A stretch of 60,670 nucleotides of DNA, counting the filler, from Porpidia crustulata (lineage: Eukaryota): the NCBI GenBank assembly GCA_964255105.1. It is 6 parts of 6 records of this genome, joined end to end, with 100 filler letters (N's around TTAATTAATTAA, not from the genome) between each part and the next. Parts side by side here need not be neighbours in the genome. Positions count along the whole stretch, not along the records: positions 20,270 to 30,299 come from CAXUWE010000851.1; positions 30,400 to 40,425 come from CAXUWE010000852.1; 4 more parts are not named here. The stretch is one strand, 5' to 3'. Below the pieces are notes generated by a model. It was not told the origin of the DNA, did not search any database, and was given only the letters and a program-made list of their open reading frames with translations. Every line of letters starts with the position of its first letter. Positions within the stretch are counted from its first letter, which is position 1. The translations under genes and the position numbers were made by a program. Shown in pieces: positions 26,710 through 39,003 of this stretch.

Positions 26710-28257
26710 GTGATGATCTGTTCTACGGGCACTAGTTTCGCGTTTCGACAAACAGCTTTGATCGGCTTGGATCTCATAAAGTCTCCTAGGAATCGATATT
26801 TCATTAGACGCGTTGTTTATCCCTTAGATCTGCTACGACATCAACGGAAATATTTGTTGTCAAGGCCAGCAATCACTACTACGCCTGCGGGATACGCAAA
26901 TCACGAAATCTCTTGTGAGACACTAATCGTTTGTGACACCGTAGAGCTCAAGAATGGAGACTTCTTGGGGATCAAGGAACTTCCAATGGGTGAAAGCATC
27001 TTCAGAGGATGGAAATTCTGTTCTACAAACAAGATACACGGATTGTCCGTCAATCTGCCAAATGAGGTTTGCTGGATCCTCCACATGAAAGAAGGCGATT
27101 TTCGAGACCCGAAGAGTCAATGCATGGAAGAGATCTTGAGGTCAGAGTGTGGTCAGAAGAGGCGATTGATATTGGTAAACCTTGACGACTTTACTAGTTC
27201 TGAAGCAGAGAATTCCTTATCTGCATCGAAAACTATACGCGGTGAAAGAACCTTGATCTGCAGGTGGAAATACATCTGCTATTTGGAAAGTAACAAGGAA
27301 AGAAGACCATTGGCTGATGTCCAGTGCTACTCTACCGCTAATGAATCCTTGGCGATCATTCGATTGAGGAAGGAAGAGTGCGATGAAGGACAATAGTGTA
27401 GAAGTAATCACTCAAACATTCGGAACTATTGGCGGGGACCGAATATTGCGCAGGCAGGTTTCATTCAAACAAATCGCCCAATAGTGGAAGGTGACGATGA
27501 GGTGTCCCGGCTAGGTTTTGATAGACTGGCCCTGAATCCTGGCGAGCAAACATCTAGCCCCCCTGGAGATCTTCTACTTGATGGTAAGAAACGCGATAAT
27601 ATATGTACTTTCGGAGACGCCGTCTGTGGAGCAGGAGGCGCATCTCGAGGCGCCGCACTCGCCGGTCTTCAGATCCGGTGGGGGTTTGACTCGGACATCA
27701 ACGCATACAAAGCTTACAAAGCCAATTTTCCACAGGCAGCTCGTCTATCATCTGCGGTGGACTTCGTGAGATATCACGATATGGGACAAAGAGTAGATGT
27801 ACTACATCTTTCTCCTCCTTGTCAGGCGTTCTTCAAAGCTAATACAACACCAAACGCTGCTAAGAACTAACTTAATATTGCCGCATCCATGACGATAGGC
27901 GGTATTTTGGCCCTCACTAAACCTCGACTTGTCACGCTTGAACAAGCAGATGGAATCATATGGTACAAAAAACATCAATAGTATTTCAGCGCGGTCCTCC
28001 GACAATTCACAAGCCTCGGATTCAGTGTTTGCTGGAGAATCCCGAGATTCGCGGAGTACGGCCTTCCTCAACAGCGAGTGCGGCTGATCATTATAGCTTC
28101 AGGGTAAGCTCTTCCTGTGTCGGCCTATTCTTGCCTAATTTGTCTCTTCAGTCCTGGGGAAGACCCACTGTCTTTCCCTCCACCTACTCACGGCGCATAA
28201 CCTGATCTCAAACCACTGGATGCACTTAGAAAGTCTACAGCCTTGGCCTTCAAGTGA
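26710..28257 (+). pseudogene. rid: RID/Masc1/DmtA-family DNA (cytosine-5) methyltransferase with four in-frame stops and no clear C-terminal motifs
   Basis: One frame carries an RID-type N-terminal region (TVELKNGDFLGIKEL, NEVCWIL, LICRWKY), motif I FGDAVCGAGG (27610-27639), motif IV SPPCQ (27811-27825), motif VI TLEQA (EQ at 27940), motif VIII YGLPQQRVRLIIIAS, an intron at 28104-28151, then PGEDPLSFPPPTH. Stops fall at 27394, 27868, 27979 and 28198. The 5' boundary is uncertain. Confidence 0.85.
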
Positions 28258-28683
28258 AGGTATCATGCTTGATTATTTCGAGATTTACATTTGTGACGAG
28301 TCATTTCTTTAGTAGGTGCTTTGGTCTTCACTGGAAAAGTCTCTTTACACATCAGGAGTGTGTCAATTACTTTGCCCGGGAATGTGCAGTATGGAGCCTC
28401 GATTCGGCCCCCCATATATCGTCAGCATTAGTTGGAAGATTCTCGTCCTTTAGCGCGACTCTCGAGTATCGCTCGAGATTGGGACCTTAACGAGCGGGGT
28501 TGGTGTACCAGATGTATCTGCACTGCGGTTATCGCTTGGCTGGCTAAAATTCCCGTAACGTCCTTATAGACGCAGATGCGCATACAACAGATACTAGCGA
28601 CCATGGAAAGAGTGGGATTATAGAAGACCGACTAGCGAAACACCATCATCATCGGCGCCACTTCCATCATATACGTTGGCAGA

Positions 28684-29417
28684 ATGTTCAATCTTCCCAA
28701 GAAACTACAGAAGCTATACTGCTTCCTCCTTTTACCTCTCATTGTCGGCTCCTTCAGGATAGACTGCGACAGGCAACTATACGGTTCACCCCTCTTCGAC
28801 GATTGCTACCACCTCCTCTCCTTCCTTCCATCCATAAAAGACGCAAGTACCCGCCTCTTCATCGAACAGCAACTAAGGCTACAACCTAACCATGGCTGGC
28901 CTGCAGTCCTGAACCCATATAGCAACGCCATGGTGCAGATTCCTAGATATTGGACCCATCGTCCGTAATAGCGACCCTTGCTTAAGAATTCCCACTAATC
29001 CTCTCCCCACGGCCTCAGAAACCTGCAACATCGGCCTCCTGAGCTTCTATTCCGGTGCCGGCCGTGTCACCAGCATCGGCCCAAGCAGCTGGAAGACAGT
29101 CAAAGGCACCGCCGGCGATTTACTATGGAAATGCGTCACAATCCCACTGGGAATGGGCGGGGCCGCGGTCGTTCGCTCTGGTATGGGCTTTCTACGCAAG
29201 ATATTGAGAACTTTGACTGATAGTTCCCTGTGATGCAGATCGTATCGTGACCGATGCGGTTCTCACGTTATTTATGTGGGAGACGGGGGCGGCGTTTGAA
29301 GATGTTCTCAATGAGATACAGAACAACCCGAAAGCGATTCCTGCATATCCCGGGTTGGCGAGCTGTATTCTTGGACATGACAAGAGCTGTCTCAATTTGA
29401 CTGGCCGGTCACGATAG
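28684..29417 (+). CDS. Small secreted cysteine-containing protein (candidate effector), three exons
   Basis: Hydrophobic leader (YCFLLLPLIVGS), then IDCD...FDDCYHLL...IPRYWTH|QTCNIGL...SWKTVKGTAGDLLWKCV...GGAA|...TLFMWE...stop at 29415-29417; GT-AG introns keep the frame. Confidence 0.75.
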
Positions 29418-30299
29418 TCGTTGTTTAGTGCCGACTGACTGGCTGGATCGACGCCATGTTGTTGTCTTGACTTTGTCGCTAAGATACACGGCTGGTTGGA
29501 TACTCTTATGCTAGCCATCAGCTGTGATATCTCTACCCATATACATTCGATCCGGACCGATCGTCCTCTCCACGTCTGGAACCGTAAAAGGCTTTTCGAA
29601 CCCATCAGTCAACGTCATCGATAAACAACTATCTACACTTCTCGCCACTTGACCCATGGAAATCCGCGCTTCCTGTTCGGCTCAGCCGCGCAGTGTTTCA
29701 ATTACGAGAAATATAAAATCTTCACTTCTTTGTAATCTTTCTTCGAATTATCGTAGTTGCCTGATATCGAGCGTTCATACGAATTCTTTTTACAGCAAGA
29801 TATCTGACCCTTCGGATTATTGACAGATATGTCATGCGCAGAAGAGGTACTGGGCTTGTGGGTTTGTTTCCTTGATAGTTATTTCTAAAAGGTGCGTTAG
29901 AGGTTGGAATATAACTTTATACAATCGATTTTTATCTTTAAACCTCTAAATTCCACCTTATCAGCAAAGCTATTCACCGTCTAATACCCACCCATCGTCG
30001 AATTTGCCTCTTTTCACGATGATCTTCATTCACTCATTTAAACGCACATGTTATTGTAATACTTTCTAACGGACCCCCTTTCTGCCCGTTATTCATCACA
30101 CCGCAGTCCTCCTTCCTCCTCTGTACCTCCTTCCAACAAGACCTCTACATCGCCTGCCCTCCCCTCAACTTCCCTTCTTCCTTCCTAGCGGACCATCCGC
30201 CTACTCGTCATTTCTCATTCTGTAATTCTTCCTCCTCCTTAGTACTTTCTTCTAGCATGACTTCTTACTCTGCCTTCACTATCTCCTCCCCCATAACCC

Positions 30300-30399
30300 N
30301 NNNNNNNNNNNNNNNNNNNNNNNNNNNNNNNNNNNNNNNNNNNTTAATTAATTAANNNNNNNNNNNNNNNNNNNNNNNNNNNNNNNNNNNNNNNNNNNN
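30300..30399. other. Artificial contig linker N44-TTAATTAATTAA-N44
   Basis: Same 100-bp structure; core at 30344-30355. Confidence 0.98.
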
Positions 30400-30627
30400 C
30401 GTAGAAATAGGCAACATTCGGCATGCGATACATCTCTACCATTTCAAACGTCTGCATTTAATATGAACCCATCCAGCGATATACTATTGGCAAGGCCCAA
30501 CCCAGCACAAGACTTCTTCATATCAAGAATAACAGCCTCCCTCCATTAATTGGCCATCAAGTCCCGGAAAGCCCCAAACCCCCAAACCCAAGCTCGCCAT
30601 CGAATTCAGATTTCAAAAAAAAACTCA

Positions 30628-32304
30628 TCACAACGTCTCCCACACCCCAATCTCGCGCTGTTCTTTCCGCTCGAGTTTTCTACCCATACGACCCCTTCGC
30701 TCCCGGGATATCATTCCTTCGCCGGCTTCGTTGTTTGTGGATTCTTTTGTCGTATCCGCACTGCTACTCTTGATCATTGTTGTTATTGTTTTGCTATTCT
30801 CAATCATGCTAGGACTCGCGTCATTGCCGGATTGCGTTTTCGTGCTTGTTGCAATCTCGACGTCTCCGTTGCGAAGAAGTGCAAGGCTTTTCTTGCTTTC
30901 CTCGCCGAATCTCTCGTTTTCCATACCGCGCGCTACGGGCCCACGTTCCTGGCTTTCGCCCCTAGGCCGGCGGCGTACGGCATTGCTGACGACGTCAAGT
31001 AGCATTCCCATACTCATGCCTCGTTGGGGCTTTGTCGGGCTAGGCGTAGGCGTCACTGTTCTACCGGTCTTTGCCGGGCTGAGAATAGGTTGGAGATCGG
31101 CAAATTTGGACTCGTCAGCGAGTGATGTGGATGCGGACAAGTGTTTTGGGGTGCGTGGTCGGCTTTGTGCTGGGGGATGGTCGTTTGTTGAAATTAGGGA
31201 GTTTGAGACATCTAAGGGGAGGTCTTCGACGGATGATGAACGTTCCTCGAGAATCGGGGTTATGGGACGCAGGGCTTGGACTGCTCTGGAAAGGGATTTG
31301 ATGGCAACGGCGGGTTGAAGGTCATACGAAGATTCTTCGTTGTTGCCGACGGAGGAAAGGGACAGAAATGTAGAGTCTGAGGAAATGGTGACAGTGCTGT
31401 CATTAGTAGGAGCGTTTGCGCGCTCGAGAGGTGAGTTGGAATGGGGTGAGGGTGAAGGGTCGATGCAAATTTCGGGTAGAGGAGACATGGATCTAATACC
31501 AAGACGCTGGAGGTGCTCTAGATTGGGGTTTAGCGTCAGCCGTTGAACGTTCCGGATTCAGAAGTATAGAATACCTACCCCAGCTACGGTAGAAATAACG
31601 AAACGTTGCAAATGGCTTCTCGAGCGAGTCAGTGAGGGCGTATTTATAGTACTGTCGTGGATGTCTAGTTGGTATTAAACCTGCATTTACGAGGCTGCGT
31701 TTGTTCAGCAGAGTTTTAAGTGTGCGACATCAATAGGAATTGGCGCATACCTGATACCACCTGCACCATGCTGTTGAGGGCTTTTCTTTGTAGAATCCTT
31801 CGCAGCCGCAACATTCTTGTAATAGAGCAGCTCGGGCGGTATCCTCTGTCTCCCCTTTGACCGAAACACCTCTATCTCCATCACGTCCTGGAGATTGTTA
31901 AAGGACAAATCCGGCAGTTTTCCATTCTCGTTTGAGAAGCATAGCAGCCTCTTCTCGATTGCCGGCTGACCGAAGAATGTCTCCCCAGAGTCAAACAGTC
32001 CAAACATTGTTTTACCGGCATACCCATCTTCTTCCCCACAGCCCCAACTCAAGACACACGCGCCATTTAGGTAAAGTTTGAAGTAGAAGAGTTGCTTGGG
32101 TGGAATGGGCGGAGAGATGCTGTAGCAAAGCCAGAACTGCGACGAGGGATAGGTAGGAATGTAGACGGTTATAGTGCCTTCATCCACCAAGCTCTGGGTA
32201 GCGGTAAAGGGATCTTTTGATTCCACAGGCGGAGGATACTCTGGTATCGTCAACAAATCAAACTGCGAAATCAACGAGGTTGTGATGCTTCGATAAGTGG
32301 GCAT
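30628..32304 (-). CDS. Fungal hypothetical protein: globular N-domain plus S/P/T-rich tail
   Basis: ORFs 31705..32304 and 30628..31488 are joined through a middle exon (...KPFATFRYFYRSW|EHLQRLGI) by two GT-AG introns. Confidence 0.75.
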
Positions 32305-32820
32305 GTTTACGACACACTGTTGATGTCGGCTTCAAGGTTGTGTTGTAGTGAGCAAATTGAGGTGTCGGTAGTGAATGCACTCACAATATTCAGGAACATG
32401 CTCTGGGTGTTAAGCGGACTCTTATGACACGTGATTCATTGGTAGGGAAAGGGGTACGGAAATGATATATGACAACATCCTTGCGATTGAGATGTTGTAA
32501 CACCAGGTAAGTTTCATTCTGGGGACTATATATAGTCTGCTCTGCACCTCAAAATCTTTCTCTTACATCCATCTTCGTACGAATTGGGTTTGGATTCAGA
32601 TAGTCATCTGCCAGCTAACTTGACCTATCACCACTCACGTACTGCTTGGACGTCGCTCTGCCATTGATCATTCTATCGCTGTCAGTCAGGGTAACTTGAT
32701 TCATTTACGTACTCGACTCACCTACAAGTCTTATAAGTCTTCCTACTCTCATAGAGTAATTGCTACTCTATCTTCTTTCATACCCCTGCACGCCCTCCTC
32801 TCAAGCTCACCTATATACTC

Positions 32821-34343
32821 ATGTCAACGACCACTACAAACAAAACAATCTCCGAAACCGCTCATCAAAAGATGGCCACTTTCCAGGTAGACAAAACCAA
32901 AGGGAGGAAGCAAGGGCAATTCGAAGCTTTATCTTTGAGCAAGCGTCAGCTCACAACGTAAGATACCAATTTGATACAAGAGAGAAATCACTGACTTGAA
33001 AGAAAGGCTACTTACTGGCCCAAAGGTCAGCATCTCTCTCGAAGGCGATTTCCTTTTCCGACCGCCACGTAAGGTGCTGGCATATTATTCAAGAGTGTGG
33101 AAAAATATGTTGGAGCAAGAGCGTGTGTCTTCGCTCCAGGTTTATGACACACACAAGGATGCCCTGAAATATGTGATCCAGTGGATGGTTGCTGGTGGCA
33201 AAGATAGCACAGTGAGCAACGCGATACAATATCCCAAGGACCACCTCGTGAACCTCGTCTGCTTGAATAGACTAACCAGCCAGCTTGGCGTTGGACTTCT
33301 CAACGACCGTACTTGGAAGAGCATTGAACACCTCCTTCGATATAATCCAATTTCGTTGGTAGACCTCCAGAAGATAGCCCCTCTTCCAATGATACCAGGT
33401 AGAATGAGGTGTATACTCCGGGAAGGACTCAAGAAGTCCGTCGGTACTCCACATGAGCGACTATGGTATAAGCAAGGTACCGCTCAGCCCGAGCTATACC
33501 AAGATGCTTTACATGTCCTGAGTCAAGTCCTAGATAAGATAGAATGTGAGAAGGAAGCACGACGCCAAGCCTTGAGAGCAGTCCAGGTCACCAAGCAGAG
33601 TACTCCGTCTGTGAACGGACATGCCAAGAAACCCACAATGTCCATGAACGGGCATCCGGGAGCTAGAGGGGAAAAGGTAGGATCAAGATCAGAATGGAAG
33701 TACAACGAGCCGAAAACCCCGATAGGTCAGACCAAGCGGTCTGCTAAACCAATATTCTGCTTCAACTGTGGCCAAGACGAGTAAGTGATTTTTTTCATTT
33801 CCTAGTTCCTGGGCTGAATACTGACAATCTTGAAGCCACACGTGACCATACTGCTCGACTCCTCGCGCTTTCCTCGGCAATTGCTACATCTGTGACAAAA
33901 AAGGTCATACTGCAGCCGAGTGTCCAGGGAAGATCGCAGCCGAGGACAGCCGAAGCCAAAATGTCGTGACGAAGGCCAAATCAAATGGCGCGATTGCGGG
34001 AATCAAAAGCCTCGAGGCAAAAATGGAATACGAGCACAATGGCAACCCGCCGGCCGAATCCAAGCCCAAGAAGCGCGCCTCATCTAGGAGCAAAACGGGC
34101 AAGAAGAATGCAGCAATGCATGATTTATCTTCCGGATTATCCTCCATGGCGCGAGCTTCAGCGGGTACTGCAGGTACTTTGGCCAGGGCTACACCCTCAT
34201 CGGTAGCTAAGCCAGTAAAGCAGGCAGAAAAGGACCAGGAGGATGTGACACCAAAGGTTGTTCGCTTCGTCACCAAGAAGGTGTGCGCCCTGAGCATCTC
34301 TGCTGATGGTACCGTCAAGCAGGAGATGGTCCCAGGCTTGTGA
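32821..34343 (+). CDS. Protein with a BTB/POZ-like N-terminal region and two CCHC zinc knuckles; in-frame TGA at 33843-33845
   Basis: LLTGPKVSI...PRKVLAYYSRVW...ALKYVIQWM is BTB-like (tentative). After the intron at 33781-33835 the frame reads CFNCGQDDHT*PYC and CYICDKKGHTAAEC, continuing into ORF 33966..34343. Confidence 0.7.
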
Positions 34344-34797
34344 TCAAGACATGACGGTTCTCAATTGGATATCGAGGGCGGTGGACGTGGCAGAGCTGAG
34401 ATCGGATCTGTGGTGTTTGCAATTCTCGATCCTCTGACATATTTCTGTGTCGAAGCATTTTTTAGATGGATTAGAAATTTAATGGATTAGGGGAGTTGTT
34501 ATCGCATTTTTTAGGTTCTTTATTCCGCTAGCCCTCTTTTGAGCCAACCCATGAATTCAGTCCAGATATACGTGTGTATTAGATGATCCTGTGAAGACCC
34601 AGCGGTCCAAGCCAACCGCTTTCCAACACGATGGGACTTTTACCTCCCTATAGAATCTCATCTCCAGTAGGTAACTCTTTATATGCGACGTGCCGACGTT
34701 GTCACCTCATTAGATGATGAGCCTGATAATTGTGATCCGTTGCGTGCAAGCAATCCAGAAACGCGACGTCCGACGCACGCGCCAAAACCAAGCCATC

Positions 34798-35377
34798 TTA
34801 AGCCATCTTCACATCCCCGTTTTCCTGTTTCACATCCCCATCCCTTCTTCCTTCCAGCACCTTCGCAACATCCCCTTTCATCTCCGGCATACTCTTCACC
34901 ATCTCCTCGGCCAAAATATCCCTGAAGCTCGCAAAAGCCTCGCTCTTGCCCTTCATGTACTGGTTTTGTTTCTGCACCAGCTCCACAAACTCCCGGGTGT
35001 AGATGTCCGGGTTCCGGCTGTCGTCGACGTAGTCGATGATTTCCGGAGGGACCATGACGGGGAGCGTGGAAGCTGCGGCGGAAAGCGATGAGAGCGATGC
35101 GGTCAGCATGGTTCTGGGGGCCGCTCGTAGGCGCTTTCGTTAGCCACTTCGACCAGCGGGTTTGGAAGATTGGGTCGGGATCGAGGTTATACGTACATCT
35201 TCCGCACGAGCTCCTGCTGCGTCTCTGGGCCGAGGTAGCCGTGGACAGCGGATTGGATTTCGAAGAGGTTTTGGATGACGTCCTGGAGGCGATCTGGAGG
35301 ATGATTTAGCAGCTTAGTGTTTGGTGTTTCCCGGGTATGGACATACCATCAACCTCATCGTGAGGAATTGGAGCCAT
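34798..35377 (-). CDS. MED10: Mediator subunit 10
   Basis: DVIQNLFEIQSAVHGYLG; VPPEIIDYVDDSRNPDIYTREFVELVQKQNQYMKGK; two introns. Confidence 0.95.
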
Positions 35378-35479
35378 TTGGGACACACTTGACAATAATC
35401 ACGATGATAGAATTAGTAATAGTTGTTGCACCCATACGAGCTAGGGCATATCATTCAACCTGAAAGAGCAAGAACTCAG

Positions 35480-35491
35480 CCCTAACCCTAA
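35480..35491 (+). promoter_or_regulatory. Telomere-like box CCCTAACCCTAA about 100 bp upstream of the MED10 ATG
   Basis: Perfect (CCCTAA)2; a regulatory role is inferred only. Confidence 0.35.
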
Positions 35492-35820
35492 ATTTCAATC
35501 ATTGCTGCTAAGCCATGTGAAAAGATGATATATATTAGTTCCTCATATACCACCTGCATGTGACCTCATAATCTATATCGGAGAGACTTGGTTTGCTCCT
35601 TATGGCTCTCATGGTCAATTTCCGTAACGATCTCATGGACGATGAGGTTATCAGCTTCGTTGTGTAGATACCTAGATAACCTGGACAGATTCCACGCACA
35701 TTAAGATACTTTCTTGGCTTTCTCACAGGCAACGCAAGATACACATCAACATTGAGAACCCATTTCAAGCTCCTATGTTTACAATACGAGTCACTGGGTC
35801 CCACACGCACATATCCGATC

Positions 35821-38800
35821 CTACACGTCCCTTGCCCTCCCGTCGATCTCCGTCTCCACCATCTCCAGCCCTGCCAAACTCGGATACTTTTTACTAAATT
35901 GCGCTTCCCAATCCTCATTGCTCATCGCCGGCCCGTCCATGGCCCCGTCGTATGGCCGCTGTGGTAGGGTTTTGTTTGCTTTGTTACTTGCAAGAGATGA
36001 TGGTTTGGCGGGGGAGGGTGGAGGTCGCTCGCCTGTACGTAGGGCATGAGGTTTCGACGGGGGAAGAGGACGACTTGCTGGTAATGCGGAAGTGCGAGGA
36101 TTGCTCATACTCATGGCTGGTGGCAGCTGTCTGGAGCTGGCAAAGGAAGACTCGAGTGGCGACGGTGCTTCTGGTGAGGAAATTCCGTTTGAAGGTCTTA
36201 TGGGTATAGGCTGAGAGCTCGTCCGCAGAGCGTTTCCATCCTGTCTCTGTGACAGCTGCTGCCTTGGTATCTCTGGAAGATCCCGGGAATGGTTTGATTT
36301 ACTAGGAGATGACGATGCTCTGCCTGTCTCATCAAGCAGTGTTTTGACTTTGCTTTGTATGGATGTAGCTCGGCTGTTGGCAGTCGGCGGACCCGTCGTA
36401 CTGTTGCTCTTCTCGTTGAACCTTTCTCGATAGGCAGCAGCTCCTCCGGCAACTTGCTGTTCCACCTGTTCCAACCTACGTCTCTCAAGTTCGCGACGCA
36501 TCTCGGGTGGTACCTCTTCACTCTCATCCAGTGCGTGGCCATCATCACTTCTGCCATCGGTAGCCTCGGAACCAGCTATCGGAGTAAGATCTCTACCGCC
36601 ACGATCAAAAGATGGACTCGAAGGGCGCTGATTTGAATTGCCTGTGTTGGTCTCAAACCGTCGAAAGGCATCCCCGAATCGGCCGGCGAGCAGTGATTTG
36701 GTGCCTGATAGGGAAATTGAGGGCATGCTCGCTCGCTTGACATGCCTCGAACCCATACTCGAGCGCTTTTCCCTTTTCTTCGACGGTTCTTCCCCTTCCA
36801 TTGCTCTTAGGAACTCGACGTTGGAGCTGATCTTGGTAGCCTCCGTCCCGAAGTCGATGTCTTCCGCGAAGGCCGACGATAATTGTCCAGCATCGTAGGA
36901 TCGCCGAGGGTCCTCCTCTTGTGATGATGACCCGCGGGATGGATCTCTGCTTCGGAAAAAACTTCTCTTGGGCTCCAAATGTGCGCTCGTTGGTCGGACT
37001 GTCGAATTTGTCGATCTTGATCGATTGATGGTGCTGTCGAGTTCCGACTCGGAAGGTCTTTGTCCTTCGAGCGAAGGTCGAGATGATACCGGCGACCTAA
37101 CGACATTGAGTGTCCCAATCTGGGATTTGGATCGATGGTCAAGGAAAGCAGGCCTTGGCCTACCGACGGCATCAGCTCTCAAAGAGGCGGCTGCTGCAAT
37201 AGATGCATCCGATGCTCTCGGCAAGCTGGAGGACCTTGATTCTGGTGAAGGAGGAAAGCGGAAGATGGGTCGGGATGAGACGGTGTTCTTTGTCTTTGAG
37301 GGGGAAGAGGATGGAGAAGTCATAGTGCCGGTAGATACCATGGCTGGTCGTTCGGTGGCATCTTTGGGCAGTTTCACATGAAGATCATCACTGGGCCTGT
37401 ATTGCGTTTTTGCACTGCTATCGATGGCCTGAGGAGTAGGTTTAGATTGTATTGTAGAAGCCCTGTTCGAAGCCGTAGACTGGGCGAAAACGTCGTCTGC
37501 AAGCGCCTCTGTTACTCGCTGGTTGATATCTTTCGTCGGAGGCTTCACCACCGATTCGCTTTTTTGGCCAAATGCAAATTTAGTTCCAGAATCATGAAGT
37601 AGCGAAAACTCATCCAGAGGTGGAAAGCGAGATGAGACTTCATCTACAAGAGCGCTACCAGGCACACCGGCGTCTAATGCTGCGAATGGATCACCGGTAT
37701 TCCTCATAGGAGATGCAGTCGGCTTGGAGGTCTTTTCGTCAGCATCAGTCCTGACGGGGCGACCACGTCGCATGGGAACGATGTCAGGAATGACTGGCTT
37801 TTCCTCCACTACAGGCGCACTATAAGCACCAACAACTGAGGGAGATTTTATTTGTGCGTCAGGCGATGGTAATTGTTGGTTACGACGAGATTCTGAGGCT
37901 GTTCGTCCAGCGTATATCTGGGGATTTAGTCATGGTTGAGAAGAGCTGGCGCTGGACTTACATCTTTAATCGGGGTCTCAGTACCACGCATCAGACACAC
38001 TTCTCGGACAGCCTGGTAGATGTTAGGCCGAGCCTGGGGATTTTCGCGTAGCATTGACGCTACAATCAGATAAGCGCTCGTACATAAATATCGGCCTTTG
38101 GCAAGTACCTATCAACTTTTTCAACCCATCCGAGAATGGAGGATAATTGGGAAATTTGAAACTTGCGTTCAGGATAGCCATTTGCCCTTGCTCTTCGAAC
38201 GGGGTTGTATAGTAGCATAGTTTGTATAAGAGCACCCCTAAAGCCCAGATATCACTCTTCTCATCTATCGGCTGCTTTCGGTAGACATCGATCATTTCTG
38301 GGCTGCGATACTGTAAAGTAGTATGCTTTTGCACATCATCCTCAATCAGTCTGCCTTCTCCTGCGCTAGTGGCTGCAGGCCTCGGAGGAGCAGCTGAACC
38401 AAAGTCACATAATTTATACCGACGTGACGATCCAGAAGACTTGATAAGGACGTTCTCAACTTTCAGATCCCTGTGGAGCAGCGGCGGTTTGAGATAGTGC
38501 ATGCACGCAACTCCCAGCGCAACATCGGAGAATATCTTCAAGATCTCCGGTTCAGTCAGACGATTTTTAAGACGGGTGTTCATAAAATCAATCAGTCCCC
38601 CTCCGTTGCAGTATTCCATCAGCAGGAAGACCTCATATCCTCCTCCTTTTAACTGGGAAGCATGCGAATCGAAGTATGTAACGATGGGATGACGCCCTTT
38701 GAGCTTCTTCATAGTTTCCACTTCAGTCCTCATGCTCGCCAGAGACTCTTTGTCCGGTACCGCGACCCGTTTCAAGACCGCTACGCCGTTCCCATCAACA

Positions 38801-39003
38801 GGTTTAGGCAAGCGTACAAGATACACGTGGGCGAAGCCTCCTTCTGACAGGTATTTCTCAATCACCACCCTATGGCCACCAACTTGGACCTTTGTGCCTG
38901 GCGTAAAGGTGCCAGCAGGCACATTGGGGACTGCGATGACGGGTGGTGCCACGAAGTTAGGCTGTCCATGGGGCATACTGAGGCTAGGATTGAACGAAGC
39001 CAT
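35821..39003 (-). CDS. Ark1/Prk1 (NAK) family Ser/Thr kinase with a long low-complexity C-terminus
   Basis: LSEGGFAHVY, AVLKRV, LLHRDLKVENVL, LCDFGSA, HTTLQYRSPEM, KSDIWALG; DPF motif and the C-terminal DWEAQFSKKYPSL. Confidence 0.93.

Noticed and set aside
33843..33845. Selenocysteine reading of the in-frame TGA
   Set aside because: The TGA is at a non-ligand position of the knuckle, and Dikarya lack the Sec machinery.
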